In this document: one piece after another, positions 54,867-63,901 of the stretch
Position numbering within the stretch: position 1 is the stretch's first letter
Layout of the letters: every line of letters begins with the position of its first letter
The notes under the pieces: model-generated
Database searches by the model: none
What the model was told of the DNA's origin: nothing
Seen by the model: only the letters and a program-made list of their open reading frames with translations
Position numbers and translations under genes: made by a program
DNA from: Candidatus Elulimicrobium sp.
GTDB lineage: Bacteria; Patescibacteriota; Minisyncoccia; Phycocordibacterales; UBA918
Direction: 5' to 3'
Assembly: GCA_022730015.1 (NCBI GenBank)
Contig: DZBU01000001.1
Coordinates: 1,307-65,306 of the forward strand
Length of the DNA: 64,000 nucleotides

Positions 54867-54938
54867 AACCTTCACCGTCATGTGGAGGTGTTGTGGTATG
54901 GAGACAACTGGTTTACTAGGAGATATTTAGAAAAACAC

Positions 54939-57587
54939 ATGGCTGAAGCACGTAAAAAGCAAGTGAAGACAAAATGGGAAGAGCCAGCTGGTGCTGAAGT
55001 CCCGAAGATTATTGTTCGTGGTGCACGAACACATAATTTAAAAAATATCGACGTGGAAATGCCGCGAGGAAAGATGATCGCAATCACCGGACCCTCTGGC
55101 TCTGGAAAATCCTCGCTAGCATTTGATACTATTTTTGCTGAGGGGCAGCGACGTTATGTTGAATCACTTTCTCCGTACGCCCGACAATTTCTTAATAAGA
55201 TGCAAAAACCAGACGTTGACGAGATTTCTGGTTTGTCACCAGCGATCTCAATCGACCAGAAATCTGCATCAAGAAACCCGCGGTCAACCGTTGCTACTAT
55301 CACCGAAATCTACGACTATCTTCGTATTGTCTATGCCCGCATTGGCCAGCCATACTGCCTTGATGTGGATACGCCCATTCAGCGACTTTCTCAAGATGAA
55401 ATATTAAATTTAGTACTGAAATCAATTGAGGACAAGGAAGTGAAGGCGGCTACCAAAAAACAGTCAGAGCAGGTATTGGGAATAGAAGTTTCCAAGGGAA
55501 GAGTAGCGATCTTTTCACCACTGGTGGTTGGCCGAAAAGGAGAATACTATCAATTACTTTACGACCTGCTCGGGAAGGGTTACGAAACAGTCAAGATCGA
55601 TGGTCAGATTAAGCAGCTTCGAGAACGAATTGAGCTCTCAAAGACCAAGCGTCATGACATCGATGTTTTGATTGATGAGATTTACGTAAGTGAATTTACA
55701 TTTGATCCAAAAGGTTCCCGGGAGCGTCTTTCTGAAGCTGTCGAGCTGGCGCTCCATGAGTCTAATGGTTTGGTAAAAATAGAAAGCCCAGACGGTGCAG
55801 AGCGTATTTTGTCGGCAAAATTTATCTGCCCAGTTGATGGCTCCTCGTTCCCCGAGGTCGAACCACGCCTCTTTTCCTTTAACTCACCGTACGGTGCCTG
55901 TCAGGAGTGTAATGGTCTTGGGGTCGTTGGTATTTTTCAAAATGATGAGTGTCCTGTATGTAAAGGAGCTCGCCTACGCCGCGAAGCGCTTCGCGTGTAT
56001 CTTGGCGGTGATGGTACAAAAAATCTCGGAACAAACATCGTTGATTTTACTAGAATGACAGTAGCCGAAGCGGCTGACTTTGTCGAAAATTTAAAGCTGA
56101 CTAAAAAACAGGAAGAGATTGCCTGGCCAGCACTGCGAGAAGTCATCGAGCGCCTCGATTTCATGAAGGATGTAGGTATTGAATACCTGACGCTAGACCG
56201 TCGTGCAAACACGCTTTCAGGGGGTGAAGCTCAGCGTATCCGCCTGGCTTCACAGCTCGGGTCTGGCTTGGTGGGTGCATTGTATGTGCTCGATGAACCA
56301 ACGATCGGTCTACATCAACGAGATAATGACAAGTTAATAAAAACACTACGAGAACTACGTGATCTCGGGAATACCATCATTGTCGTCGAGCATGATGAGG
56401 ACACTATTCATGCTTCAGATTACCTAATTGATATCGGACCAGGGGCTGGGGTGCACGGAGGAAATGTTATTGTTTCTGACTACTTACAGAAGCTGCTTTC
56501 AGATAAGAAAAATAAGTCTGGTTCGGTAACACTCGACTATCTGCGAGGTGACCGAAGGATTGAGATTCCCGAACGCCGAACCGGCGAAAAAGGGAAGATA
56601 CAGATTAAAGGTGGAAAGGCGTTCAATATAAAAAATATGAATGTCGATATCCCACTCGGTCGTTTAATATGTGTCACCGGCGTCTCAGGCTCTGGAAAAT
56701 CAACCTTCATGTATGAAATCGTCGACAGAAATCTTAAGGCGAGACTTGAAAAGCGGTATCGAACAGCTAAGACGTACAACTGCACCAGTTTTATAGGTAC
56801 TGAATATTTAGGTCGCTCCGTGCTGATTGATCAGTCTCCGATTGGTCGTACACCGCGTTCCAACCCAGCTACTTACACTGGGTCGTTTACCCACATTAGA
56901 GATCTCTTTGCGGCGACCAGTGAAGCTAAAGCACGTGGCTGGAAACCAGGACGCTTTAGCTTCAACGTAAAAGGCGGTCGCTGTGAAGCATGTCAGGGAA
57001 ACGGCGAAATCGCGGTAGAAATGCACTTCTTGCCGACAGTATATGTCACGTGCGATGTGTGTGATGGTAAGCGTTTTACCAAAGAGACTCTGGAGATCTA
57101 CTACAAAAAGAAAAATATCTATGAAGTGCTTCATATGACCATCGAGGAAGCGCATGATTTTTTCATCGACGTTCCTGCCATTGAAGAGCGCCTACGATCG
57201 TTGCTTGATGTTGGACTGGGATACCTCGAACTTGGTCAAAGTGCTACTACGCTCTCTGGCGGTGAAGCACAACGAGTAAAGATCGCTTCTGAGCTTTATC
57301 GTCCACACACGCAAAAAACTATTTACCTGCTTGATGAACCGACGATCGGACTGCACTATGAAGATGTTCGAAAATTAATCGAGATATTGCAGCAACTAGT
57401 TAACCAGGGAAATACTGTAATGGTCATTGAGCACAATCTCGATCTTGTTAAAAGCGCTGACTATCTCATTGATATCGGACCTGAAGGTGGAACGGGCGGA
57501 GGAGAGATAGTTGCTAAAGGAACTCCTGAACAAGTGGCTGAAAATCCAAAGTCCCATACCGGTCGCTATTTGAAACGCATCCTATAA
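54939..57587 (+). CDS. uvrA: Excinuclease ABC subunit A (tandem ABC ATPase with Zn-finger insertions). At ~882 aa it is slightly short.
   Basis: Two Walker A sites ([19 protein letters not shown]), two ABC signatures ([24 protein letters not shown]) and CxxC pairs (CQECNG...[14 protein letters not shown]...CDVCDG). Start ATG 54939 (MAEARKKQ). Confidence 0.9.
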   Translation: MAEARKKQVKTKWEEPAGAEVPKIIVRGARTHNLKNIDVEMPRGKMIAITGPSGSGKSSLAFDTIFAEGQRRYVESLSPYARQFLNKMQKPDVDEISGLSPAISIDQKSASRNPRSTVATITEIYDYLRIVYARIGQPYCLDVDTPIQRLSQDEILNLVLKSIEDKEVKAATKKQSEQVLGIEVSKGRVAIFSPLVVGRKGEYYQLLYDLLGKGYETVKIDGQIKQLRERIELSKTKRHDIDVLIDEIYVSEFTFDPKGSRERLSEAVELALHESNGLVKIESPDGAERILSAKFICPVDGSSFPEVEPRLFSFNSPYGACQECNGLGVVGIFQNDECPVCKGARLRREALRVYLGGDGTKNLGTNIVDFTRMTVAEAADFVENLKLTKKQEEIAWPALREVIERLDFMKDVGIEYLTLDRRANTLSGGEAQRIRLASQLGSGLVGALYVLDEPTIGLHQRDNDKLIKTLRELRDLGNTIIVVEHDEDTIHASDYLIDIGPGAGVHGGNVIVSDYLQKLLSDKKNKSGSVTLDYLRGDRRIEIPERRTGEKGKIQIKGGKAFNIKNMNVDIPLGRLICVTGVSGSGKSTFMYEIVDRNLKARLEKRYRTAKTYNCTSFIGTEYLGRSVLIDQSPIGRTPRSNPATYTGSFTHIRDLFAATSEAKARGWKPGRFSFNVKGGRCEACQGNGEIAVEMHFLPTVYVTCDVCDGKRFTKETLEIYYKKKNIYEVLHMTIEEAHDFFIDVPAIEERLRSLLDVGLGYLELGQSATTLSGGEAQRVKIASELYRPHTQKTIYLLDEPTIGLHYEDVRKLIEILQQLVNQGNTVMVIEHNLDLVKSADYLIDIGPEGGTGGGEIVAKGTPEQVAENPKSHTGRYLKRIL

Positions 57588-57592
57588 AGCCC

Positions 57593-58828
57593 ATGAAAAG
57601 AGTTGACCTAACTGTAAGAAACCTACCGGATGCACCAGGGGTGTACTTCTTTTTGGGAGCCAGAAAAAAAATCTTATACATTGGAAAAGCGACATCATTG
57701 CGCAATCGCGTTCGAAGCTATTTCTCAGAGGATATAAAAGAAAAACGTTCTGAGTTGATCGAGAAGATGGTGGCTGAGGCAGCTACGGTTGAGTGTACAG
57801 AGACAGACAGCGTGCTTGAAGCATTGATCCTCGAGACTAATCTGATTCGTACACATAAACCGCTCTATAATACCCGAAGCAAAGATGATAAGAGCTACAA
57901 TCATCTCGTTATCACAAACGAGGAGTGGCCTCGAGTCATGGTCGTTCGGGGTAAGGATCTCACAAACGATTTCATGAAGTATGAAGTCAAGTACCATTTC
58001 GGGCCGTTCCCTAGTGGGACACTCCTTCGTGATGCGCTTAAAATAGTTAGAAAATTATTTCGTTTTTATGATACAAAAGTGCCACTCAGTGAGGCAAAGA
58101 GTAAACTACATAAAGGCAAGATCGATTTCAATCGTCAGATTGGTCTTTACCCTGATCAAGTGTCAAAGAAAGAATACGCTCGTACAATCAAGCATTTGAA
58201 GCTCTTTTTTGAAGGAAAAAAAACACAGATCATAGCTGAGCTTGAAAGGGAGATGATGCGACATGCTAAGGCTGAACGTTTTGAAGAAGCACAACAAGCG
58301 AAAAGTCAGATCTTTGCTTTGCAGCATATCCAAGATATTGCCCTGATTAAAAACGAGTCACGGGTGTATCGTGATGAGAAACGAGTTCGGATTGAAGCCT
58401 ACGATATTGCTCACCTGCAAGGCACCGATATGGTGGGGGTGATGACGGTGATAGAAAGTGGCGAACCTGTAAAGGGTGAATATAGAAAATTTAAGATTGA
58501 ATCACTGACCAATGCGAACGATCCTGCAGCATTGAAGGAAGTATTATCTCGTAGACTGACTCATGAGGAATGGCCACTGCCGCAAGTAATCGTTGTCGAT
58601 GGTGCTGTTATACAGAAAAACGTAGCTGAACGAGTGCTTAAAGAATACAGTTTAGTAATTCCTGTGGTTGCGGTCGTCAAAGACGACCGTCACAAACCAA
58701 TTCGACTGATTGGTTCGAAGGAACTTCTTGAAACACATCAACAATCAATACTTCTTGCTAATGCTGAATCACACCGCTTCGCCATCAGTTACCATCGTGA
58801 AAAGCGTCGCAAGCGAACACGAGCGTAA
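57593..58828 (+). CDS. uvrC: Short UvrC-type excinuclease subunit (GIY-YIG + UVR + RNase-H-like domains; no C-terminal (HhH)2).
   Basis: GIY-YIG 'GVYFF...ILYIGKATSLRNRVRSYF'. UVR-like 'EREMMRHAKAERFEEAQQAKSQIFALQHI'. C-terminus '...VVVDGAVIQ...ANAESHRFAISYHREKRRK'. It is 411 aa against the usual ~600. Confidence 0.75.
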   Translation: MKRVDLTVRNLPDAPGVYFFLGARKKILYIGKATSLRNRVRSYFSEDIKEKRSELIEKMVAEAATVECTETDSVLEALILETNLIRTHKPLYNTRSKDDKSYNHLVITNEEWPRVMVVRGKDLTNDFMKYEVKYHFGPFPSGTLLRDALKIVRKLFRFYDTKVPLSEAKSKLHKGKIDFNRQIGLYPDQVSKKEYARTIKHLKLFFEGKKTQIIAELEREMMRHAKAERFEEAQQAKSQIFALQHIQDIALIKNESRVYRDEKRVRIEAYDIAHLQGTDMVGVMTVIESGEPVKGEYRKFKIESLTNANDPAALKEVLSRRLTHEEWPLPQVIVVDGAVIQKNVAERVLKEYSLVIPVVAVVKDDRHKPIRLIGSKELLETHQQSILLANAESHRFAISYHREKRRKRTRA

Positions 58829-58859
58829 CCTGCGTAGATTTAACACAGTTTCAAACAAC

Positions 58860-59759
58860 ATGAATCAAAAAAGTACGACAATAGGATTTATTGGACAGGG
58901 TTGGATCGGCAGGCATTATGCAGATGATTTTGAAAACCGCGGATATGTGACTGTTCGCTACGCACTAGAGGAACCTTATAAGCAAAATCAGGCAAGGATC
59001 GCTACCTGTCGCATCACGCTTATTGCTGTACCCACGCCGACTACTCCACATGGTTTTGATGACAGTATCCTCAAGGATGCACTGCTCAATATTGGTGCAG
59101 GAAACATTGCTGTTATTAAGTCGACAACAACTCCTGGCCTCGTGGCACAACTACAAAATGAGTTTCCTAACATATTCATTCTCCATAGTCCTGAATTCTT
59201 GGTTGAAAGAACAGCCGCTTATGATGCCGCTTATCCAAATCGTAATATTATTGGTGTTCCTGTTGATACGGAAGAATATCGAGCCCTGGCAAAAGAAATC
59301 CTTGCTGTACTTCCAAAAGCTCCATATGAAGCGATTATGACAACCCACGAATCAGAGCTAGTAAAATATGCAGGAAATTGCTTTCTTTATACTAAAGTAC
59401 TATTCATGAATATCTTGTACGATGTGGTAACCAAAGGTGGCGGTAATTTTGAGTCCGTTCGTGACGCACTTGCGCATGATCCGCGTATCGGGGAAAGCCA
59501 CACCAAACCAATCCATTACAGCGGTCACCAGGAAAATATCGGCGAAATAAAGCGTGGTGCTGGTGGACATTGCTTCATTAAAGATTTCGAGGCCTTTAGA
59601 CACCATTATCAGGGTGTCATTGGTTCTGACACTGGCTATGAACTTCTATCAAAGATGGTTGAGTTTAATAATGAATTACTGCGTACTTCAGGGAAAGACC
59701 TAGATCTGCTTGAAGGTGTGTACGGCAGTGGAGTGCTGAAGTCTGATCATTGCCTATAA
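58860..59759 (+). CDS. Nucleotide-sugar (UDP-glucose/GDP-mannose) dehydrogenase family protein, short form lacking the usual C-terminal domain.
   Basis: Rossmann 'IGFIGQGWIG'. Central-domain motif 'ESELVKYAGNCFLYTKVLFMNILYDV'. The catalytic-Cys motif 'GAGGHCFIKD' matches the canonical 'GGSCFPKD'. Only ~55 aa follow it. Start ATG 58860; the tracked 5' extension overlaps uvrC. Confidence 0.6.
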   Translation: MNQKSTTIGFIGQGWIGRHYADDFENRGYVTVRYALEEPYKQNQARIATCRITLIAVPTPTTPHGFDDSILKDALLNIGAGNIAVIKSTTTPGLVAQLQNEFPNIFILHSPEFLVERTAAYDAAYPNRNIIGVPVDTEEYRALAKEILAVLPKAPYEAIMTTHESELVKYAGNCFLYTKVLFMNILYDVVTKGGGNFESVRDALAHDPRIGESHTKPIHYSGHQENIGEIKRGAGGHCFIKDFEAFRHHYQGVIGSDTGYELLSKMVEFNNELLRTSGKDLDLLEGVYGSGVLKSDHCL

Positions 59760-59770
59760 GATGATATACT

Positions 59771-60742
59771 TTGAGCACTATGAAACGTGTCGCTGTTTTG
59801 CGAGGTGGTCCAAGTGACGAATATGCTGTCTCCATGCAGACTGGACGGGGTGTACTCGAAGCTTTGCAACAGCTAGAGTATCCGAGTAAAGACATTGTGA
59901 TAACAAAAAGAGGCGAGTGGCTTGAGGATGGGTACGTCAAACAGCCAGAGCGAGCATTAGAAGCAATCGATGTGGTCTTTGTGGCACTCCACGGTACCTA
60001 CGGTGAAGACGGTCAGATACAACGTATTCTCGAGCGAAAACTAGTCCCTTTTACTGGCAGTCGAGCCTTACCTTCGGCCATAGCCTTCAATAAAGAACTT
60101 ACCAAACATACACTTTTGCCACATGGCATACGCATGCCCAAGCATCGTAAACTACGTCGTGTTGACTTTACTGGTACCGAGAGTGAACGAGCACTACTTT
60201 TTGCTGAAATTGGCCCCGAGCTTTTTATAAAACCAGTAGCAAGCGGCTCATCATTCGGGGCCCGTTATGTTCCCAATGATGAAATCCTTCAAATAGCACT
60301 GCAGGACATATTCACCCAGTATGAGCAAGTCTTAGTTGAAGAATATATTCGAGGAAGGGAAGCGACGGTTGGAGTTTTGAGTGATTTCAGGTCGGAACAA
60401 AGCTATGTTCTGCCAACGATTGAGGTTGTTCCGCCAAATGGTGAGCCATTCTTTTCTCATGAAAATAAGTACAATGGTATGACACAAGAAATAATTCCAG
60501 GCAGGTTCTCATACCACGAGAAAGCAGAATTATCTCGCCTTGCTGCTTTAGTTCACAATGTTATCGATTGTCGACACTACTCAAGAAGTGATTTCATTAT
60601 TCGGGATGAAGAGGTTTATTTCCTTGAAGTTAATACCCTCCCTGGCCTCACTAATGAATCGCTATTTCCCAAAGCGGCTGCTGCGGTAGGACTTTCCTAT
60701 ACAGATCTAATCGGTCATCTGGTCGAGCGCGCCACTTGGTAA
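59771..60742 (+). CDS. ddl: D-alanine--D-alanine ligase.
   Basis: 'VAVLRGGPSDEYAVS', 'VFVALHGTYGEDGQIQRILE', 'FIKPVASGSSFG', 'EVNTLPGLTNESLFPK': the Ddl N-terminal, ATP-grasp and C-terminal motifs. Confidence 0.85.
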   Translation: MSTMKRVAVLRGGPSDEYAVSMQTGRGVLEALQQLEYPSKDIVITKRGEWLEDGYVKQPERALEAIDVVFVALHGTYGEDGQIQRILERKLVPFTGSRALPSAIAFNKELTKHTLLPHGIRMPKHRKLRRVDFTGTESERALLFAEIGPELFIKPVASGSSFGARYVPNDEILQIALQDIFTQYEQVLVEEYIRGREATVGVLSDFRSEQSYVLPTIEVVPPNGEPFFSHENKYNGMTQEIIPGRFSYHEKAELSRLAALVHNVIDCRHYSRSDFIIRDEEVYFLEVNTLPGLTNESLFPKAAAAVGLSYTDLIGHLVERATW

Positions 60743-60769
60743 TATTGGTGGCAAAAATACCTTGACTTC

Positions 60770-60798
60770 AGAGTTAGAGACCCGTATTATGGTGCGAC
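60770..60798 (+). promoter_or_regulatory. Near-consensus sigma70 promoter TTGACT-17 nt-TATTAT, driving a ~95-nt structured leader before tRNA-Ala.
   Basis: Read directly. The leader contains the GNRA-capped hairpin cagtaagc-GAAA-gcttgctg. Confidence 0.55.
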
Positions 60799-60900
60799 TT
60801 GAGTTTGTCTCAGGTAGTGCTGGCCCCCAGTAAGCGAAAGCTTGCTGACCCAGCTCGATGAGTGAATGTGAATGCAAGCATTCCCACTTCTCATCTCGCT

Positions 60901-60973
60901 GGGCCCGTAGCTCACTTGGTAGAGCGCCTCATTTGCACTGAGGAGGCAGGGAGTTCGAATCTTCTCGGGTCCA
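60901..60973 (+). tRNA. tRNA-Ala (anticodon TGC).
   Basis: Manual cloverleaf. Acceptor GGGCCCG/CGGGTCC has the G3:U70 Ala identity pair. D-arm GCTC-ACTTGGTA-GAGC. Anticodon arm CCTCA-TTTGCAC-TGAGG. T-arm GGGAG-TTCGAAT-CTTCT has two G:U pairs. Discriminator A. CCA is not encoded. Confidence 0.8.
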
Positions 60974-60976
60974 CAA

Positions 60977-61015
60977 TGAAGGCCGGTGAAACGTAAGTTT
61001 TACCGGCCTTTGTTA
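60977..61015 (+). terminator. Terminator hairpin aggccggtgaaac-gtaa-gttttaccggcct followed by a T-rich tract.
   Basis: Read directly. One G:U pair in the stem. Confidence 0.55.
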
Positions 61016-61087
61016 TTGCGGGTGTTTGTATCACTGATCCTTAGGGCCAGTTGCCTAGTAAAAACTATTGAAATTATTGCGTTAGTC

Positions 61088-61110
61088 TTGCGAGATTCGT
61101 GAAAACGTGT
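61088..61110 (+). promoter_or_regulatory. Promoter TTGCGA-17 nt-(TGt)CATAAT, ~14 nt upstream of the 61124 start codon (very short leader).
   Basis: Read directly. Confidence 0.45.
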
Positions 61111-61123
61111 CATAATTAAAACA

Positions 61124-61813
61124 ATGAATAACTTCAAATCAAGTGGTCCGGGAGGATTACGAGGCCGTCGTGAATTTATCGGTGGGCGTCCAAAATCGGA
61201 TGGGGAGTACGGGCCAAAGAAGCAGTTTGATAAGAAGCCTTTTGGTGGAAATCGTGGTGGCTTCGGAGGAGGAAATCGTGGTGGAGATCAGGGTAGAGGT
61301 CGTGGCAATTTTGGAGGAGGAAATCGTGGTGGAGATCGTCGCGATGTAGAGATGCATAAAGCAATTTGTTCTACTTGCGGCAAGCCATGTGAGGTACCGT
61401 TTCGACCAGACGGATCAAAGCCTGTGCTCTGTAGTGAATGTTTTGGAAAAACAAAATCTGATGACCGAGGTGGTTTTGAGAATCGTGATCGTTTCTCGAG
61501 TCATCGGCCGCAGCGTGACAATGATCGAAAATTTGATGCTCCACAAAAAGATCGAACCCCGAGCCCGGAGATGAAGGCATTGCAACAGCAAGTTTCATCT
61601 TTAGAGAATAAGCTAGATGAAATTCTTTTAATTTTAAAGAACCCCTCTCCAGAGAAAGTTATAAAAGAAAAAGGGGCAACAACACCAGTTCAAGAAGTGG
61701 TTTCAGCCAAACCTGACACCAAGAAAAAAGTTGCAAAGAAAGTTGCTGTGAAGAAAACAGTAGCAAAGAAGGCTGTGAAGAAAGTTGCAAAAAAGGTGGT
61801 GAAAAAGAAATAG
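61124..61813 (+). CDS. Gly/Arg-rich (RGG-box) protein with a central C4 zinc ribbon and a Lys/Ala/Val-rich histone-H1-like C-terminal tail. Probably binds nucleic acid.
   Basis: 'GGNRGGFGGGNRGGDQGRGRGNFGGGNRGGDRR', 'CSTCGKPCEVPFRPDGSKPVLCSEC', and a tail of 'KKVAKKVAVKKTVAKKAVKKVAKKVVKKK'. Confidence 0.7.
   Translation: MNNFKSSGPGGLRGRREFIGGRPKSDGEYGPKKQFDKKPFGGNRGGFGGGNRGGDQGRGRGNFGGGNRGGDRRDVEMHKAICSTCGKPCEVPFRPDGSKPVLCSECFGKTKSDDRGGFENRDRFSSHRPQRDNDRKFDAPQKDRTPSPEMKALQQQVSSLENKLDEILLILKNPSPEKVIKEKGATTPVQEVVSAKPDTKKKVAKKVAVKKTVAKKAVKKVAKKVVKKK
61265..61337 (+). repeat. Two perfect 25-nt direct repeats (ggaggaggaaatcgtggtggagatc) 48 nt apart, encoding the GGGNRGGD units.
   Basis: Read directly: 61265-61289 and 61313-61337. 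Confidence 0.7.
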
Positions 61814-61845
61814 GCTCTATATTGCAAACCATAAATCGCTCAAAA

Positions 61846-61872
61846 AGACGGCCTTCTGGTCGTCTTTTTGTT
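61846..61872 (+). terminator. Rho-independent terminator agacggcc-ttct-ggtcgtct followed by ttttgttg.
   Basis: Read directly. One G:U pair. Confidence 0.6.
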
Positions 61873-61956
61873 GCGTCTTCTTCCTGACAGGGGTGGTCGT
61901 GAATGATATACTAAGGAAATTACAATTTATATTCTGATTTCTAGATACGAAACTAT

Positions 61957-62727
61957 ATGCAGAAACCTTTAAAAATACTTCTACTTCTTCTCGCCGGCAT
62001 TCTCTTGGTACTGGTCGTACTTTGGATAAGCAATAAAAATAATGAGACCTCAACAGAAACTGTTGACACCTCCGAAATTGTTCCCGTTGAAGACCCACTT
62101 GATACTGTTTTAACTTTTTACAACGATTGGCTGCAAGCAGAGCAGAGTACAACAACTGATCCAATTCTAGCTGGTCTCCTCGATAGTCAAGTCTTATCAC
62201 CTGAAGTACGTGCAAATCTGGAAAAAGCACTAGCAGAGCAGTCCGAAGGATCCCTGAATCCTGTACTATGTCAGCCTACTGTACCTGCCAGAATTGGTGC
62301 TAAAGTGCTGTTTACTTTGGATACGCAGGCACAGATTATGGTGCTTGCTCGTGGGGGAGAAGAAAAATCAGCATACCAAGCAGTGGTAACCCTCAAAGCA
62401 GTAGACGGCATGTGGCGTATTGCTGAAATCGCTTGTGCAGAGGGAGATGTGGCACCTGAACGAGAGCACGATTTTGAACGAGAGGGCTTCCTTCTCAAGA
62501 GCGTACCACCGCCACTTGATCCACAGTACTGGCACCTAGTATACGAGGAAAACGGACAGCTTGGTCACACTGTTCCACTACTTTTTAGCAACGAAAGCAT
62601 CTGTGTCACTGCAAATGGGAGTGAATCAAATTGTGATGTCTCACAATTTACTGAAGCAGCAAGGGTACTCCTTCAAGCTGATATGATTGAGGTTGGTGCA
62701 CAAGTAAAACGAATTCAGTTCAAGTAA
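61957..62727 (+). CDS. N-terminally membrane-anchored protein of unknown function.
   Basis: TM ILLLLLAGILLVLVVLWI. It has four Cys. An extended -10 tgatatact lies upstream at ~61897. Confidence 0.55.
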   Translation: MQKPLKILLLLLAGILLVLVVLWISNKNNETSTETVDTSEIVPVEDPLDTVLTFYNDWLQAEQSTTTDPILAGLLDSQVLSPEVRANLEKALAEQSEGSLNPVLCQPTVPARIGAKVLFTLDTQAQIMVLARGGEEKSAYQAVVTLKAVDGMWRIAEIACAEGDVAPEREHDFEREGFLLKSVPPPLDPQYWHLVYEENGQLGHTVPLLFSNESICVTANGSESNCDVSQFTEAARVLLQADMIEVGAQVKRIQFK

Positions 62728-62750
62728 TAACATTTATACCTTTTCTGAGT

Positions 62751-63026
62751 GTGACAAAAGACCAACTCAATGAAATTGACAAAAATATGGTGCTACTGGT
62801 GGATATTCGTGAGCCAGAAGAACTTTGTGTGACGCCAACGGTACCCGGAGCAATCAACATTCCAATGAGCAAGCTTGGCGAAGTAATAGGAACTCTCACC
62901 CTTCCTCAAGACAAGAAGATTGTAACGATCTGTCGAAGCGGCGGGCGTTGCTTTATGGTAAATCAAGTCCTAAAAGCACACGGTTACGATGTTGATTATC
63001 TGGAAGGAGGTGTTATTTCTCTGTAA
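62751..63026 (+). CDS. Single-domain rhodanese-like sulfurtransferase.
   Basis: 'LVDIREPEE...GAINIP...KKIVTICRSGGRC' with the active-site Cys in the CRSGGR loop. Confidence 0.8.
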   Translation: MTKDQLNEIDKNMVLLVDIREPEELCVTPTVPGAINIPMSKLGEVIGTLTLPQDKKIVTICRSGGRCFMVNQVLKAHGYDVDYLEGGVISL

Positions 63027-63074
63027 AGCTAGTAGCTAGAGGTTTTGGTATTTTGTGCTACAATTTTGCCGCTT

Positions 63075-63147
63075 GGGCCCTTAGCTCATTCGGTAGAGCG
63101 CTTCCATGGCATGGAAGAGGCGAGCGGTTCGAATCCGCTAGGGTCCA
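63075..63147 (+). tRNA. tRNA-Ala (anticodon GGC).
   Basis: Manual cloverleaf. Acceptor GGGCCCT/AGGGTCC with G3:U70. D-arm GCTC-ATTCGGTA-GAGC. Anticodon arm CTTCC-ATGGCAT-GGAAG. T-arm AGCGG-TTCGAAT-CCGCT. Discriminator A. An extended -10 tgctacaat lies at 63056-63064. Confidence 0.85.
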
Positions 63148-63152
63148 CAAAT

Positions 63153-63182
63153 AAAATTGCGCTCGTCAGCGCAATTTTTTGT
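63153..63182 (+). terminator. Rho-independent terminator aaattgcgc-tcgtca-gcgcaatttttt. It can serve bidirectionally for the convergent minus-strand gene.
   Basis: Read directly. Confidence 0.65.
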
Positions 63183-63190
63183 TATAAATA

Positions 63191-63901
63191 TTAATCAAGT
63201 AACTCACGTAACTTGCTATACGTGTCGTTGTGGTCTTTAACTGCCACTGTTTCAATCACTCCAATGACTGCCTCATCGTTACCGCCGGGATAGAGTCCAT
63301 CTCCAAAATAGATACATTCATCCTTGTCCCAGCTCATGAGATCGATCAGTCTCTGTACGTTTGTACCTTTGTGACGATCCTTATGAATATAATCAAGGCT
63401 GGTTGATCCACCAATTTTCACGATTAATTCTGCTGATTGAAATGGTATTTGTGCCATGAGCGCTTCTCGCTTTTTACGATCGGGATCATAGGCCACTTTA
63501 TGTTCTACTGGTGCGGTGTTACCAATCGGACTGAAAGTGATCTGAGAACCACGATCCTCGATCGGTGTCCAGTCGTGATTGAGGTCGTGATCAAGAATAG
63601 TAATTATTGATTGTATATGATCCATGATCTCAGCACGATGTGCCTCATCAAGGGGGATATTCCAAAGCTCATTATTCTCAATGTCAGTCGCATGATTTCC
63701 ATTTTGGCCAAGTGTATATGAAGGCAGATCTTTGCTCTGCCACATGATTTTCTGAACTTCTTGACCAGAGACAATAATGATATCGTGTGGTAGCTCGTTA
63801 AGAAGAGAGTACATTTCAGGCAGGATCGGTTGTCGTGCTGGCGCGATCGTTTGATCCATATCAAAAAAGAAGTGTTTGTATTGTTTCATCCCCTGTAGCA
63901 T
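63191..63901 (-). CDS. HAD-superfamily hydrolase (phosphatase/phosphomutase-like).
   Basis: Motif I 'FFFDMDQTI' (DxDxT). Motif IV-like 'YFGDGLYPGGNDE'. It is the only convincing minus-strand gene in the window. Confidence 0.7.
   Translation of the reverse strand: MLQGMKQYKHFFFDMDQTIAPARQPILPEMYSLLNELPHDIIIVSGQEVQKIMWQSKDLPSYTLGQNGNHATDIENNELWNIPLDEAHRAEIMDHIQSIITILDHDLNHDWTPIEDRGSQITFSPIGNTAPVEHKVAYDPDRKKREALMAQIPFQSAELIVKIGGSTSLDYIHKDRHKGTNVQRLIDLMSWDKDECIYFGDGLYPGGNDEAVIGVIETVAVKDHNDTYSKLRELLD

Noticed and set aside
58710-58859. Tracked 5' extension of the dehydrogenase ORF, overlapping uvrC by ~120 nt
   Set aside because: The extension has no conserved features. An internal ATG at 58860 starts exactly at the Rossmann 'IGFIGQGWIG' region, which gives a normal N-terminus.
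61143-61598. Four 60-75-aa ORFs on both strands inside the RGG-protein gene
   Set aside because: These are frame artefacts of the GGN/CGT-rich repeat DNA. The main frame has a coherent RGG/zinc-ribbon/KA-tail architecture with its own promoter and terminator.
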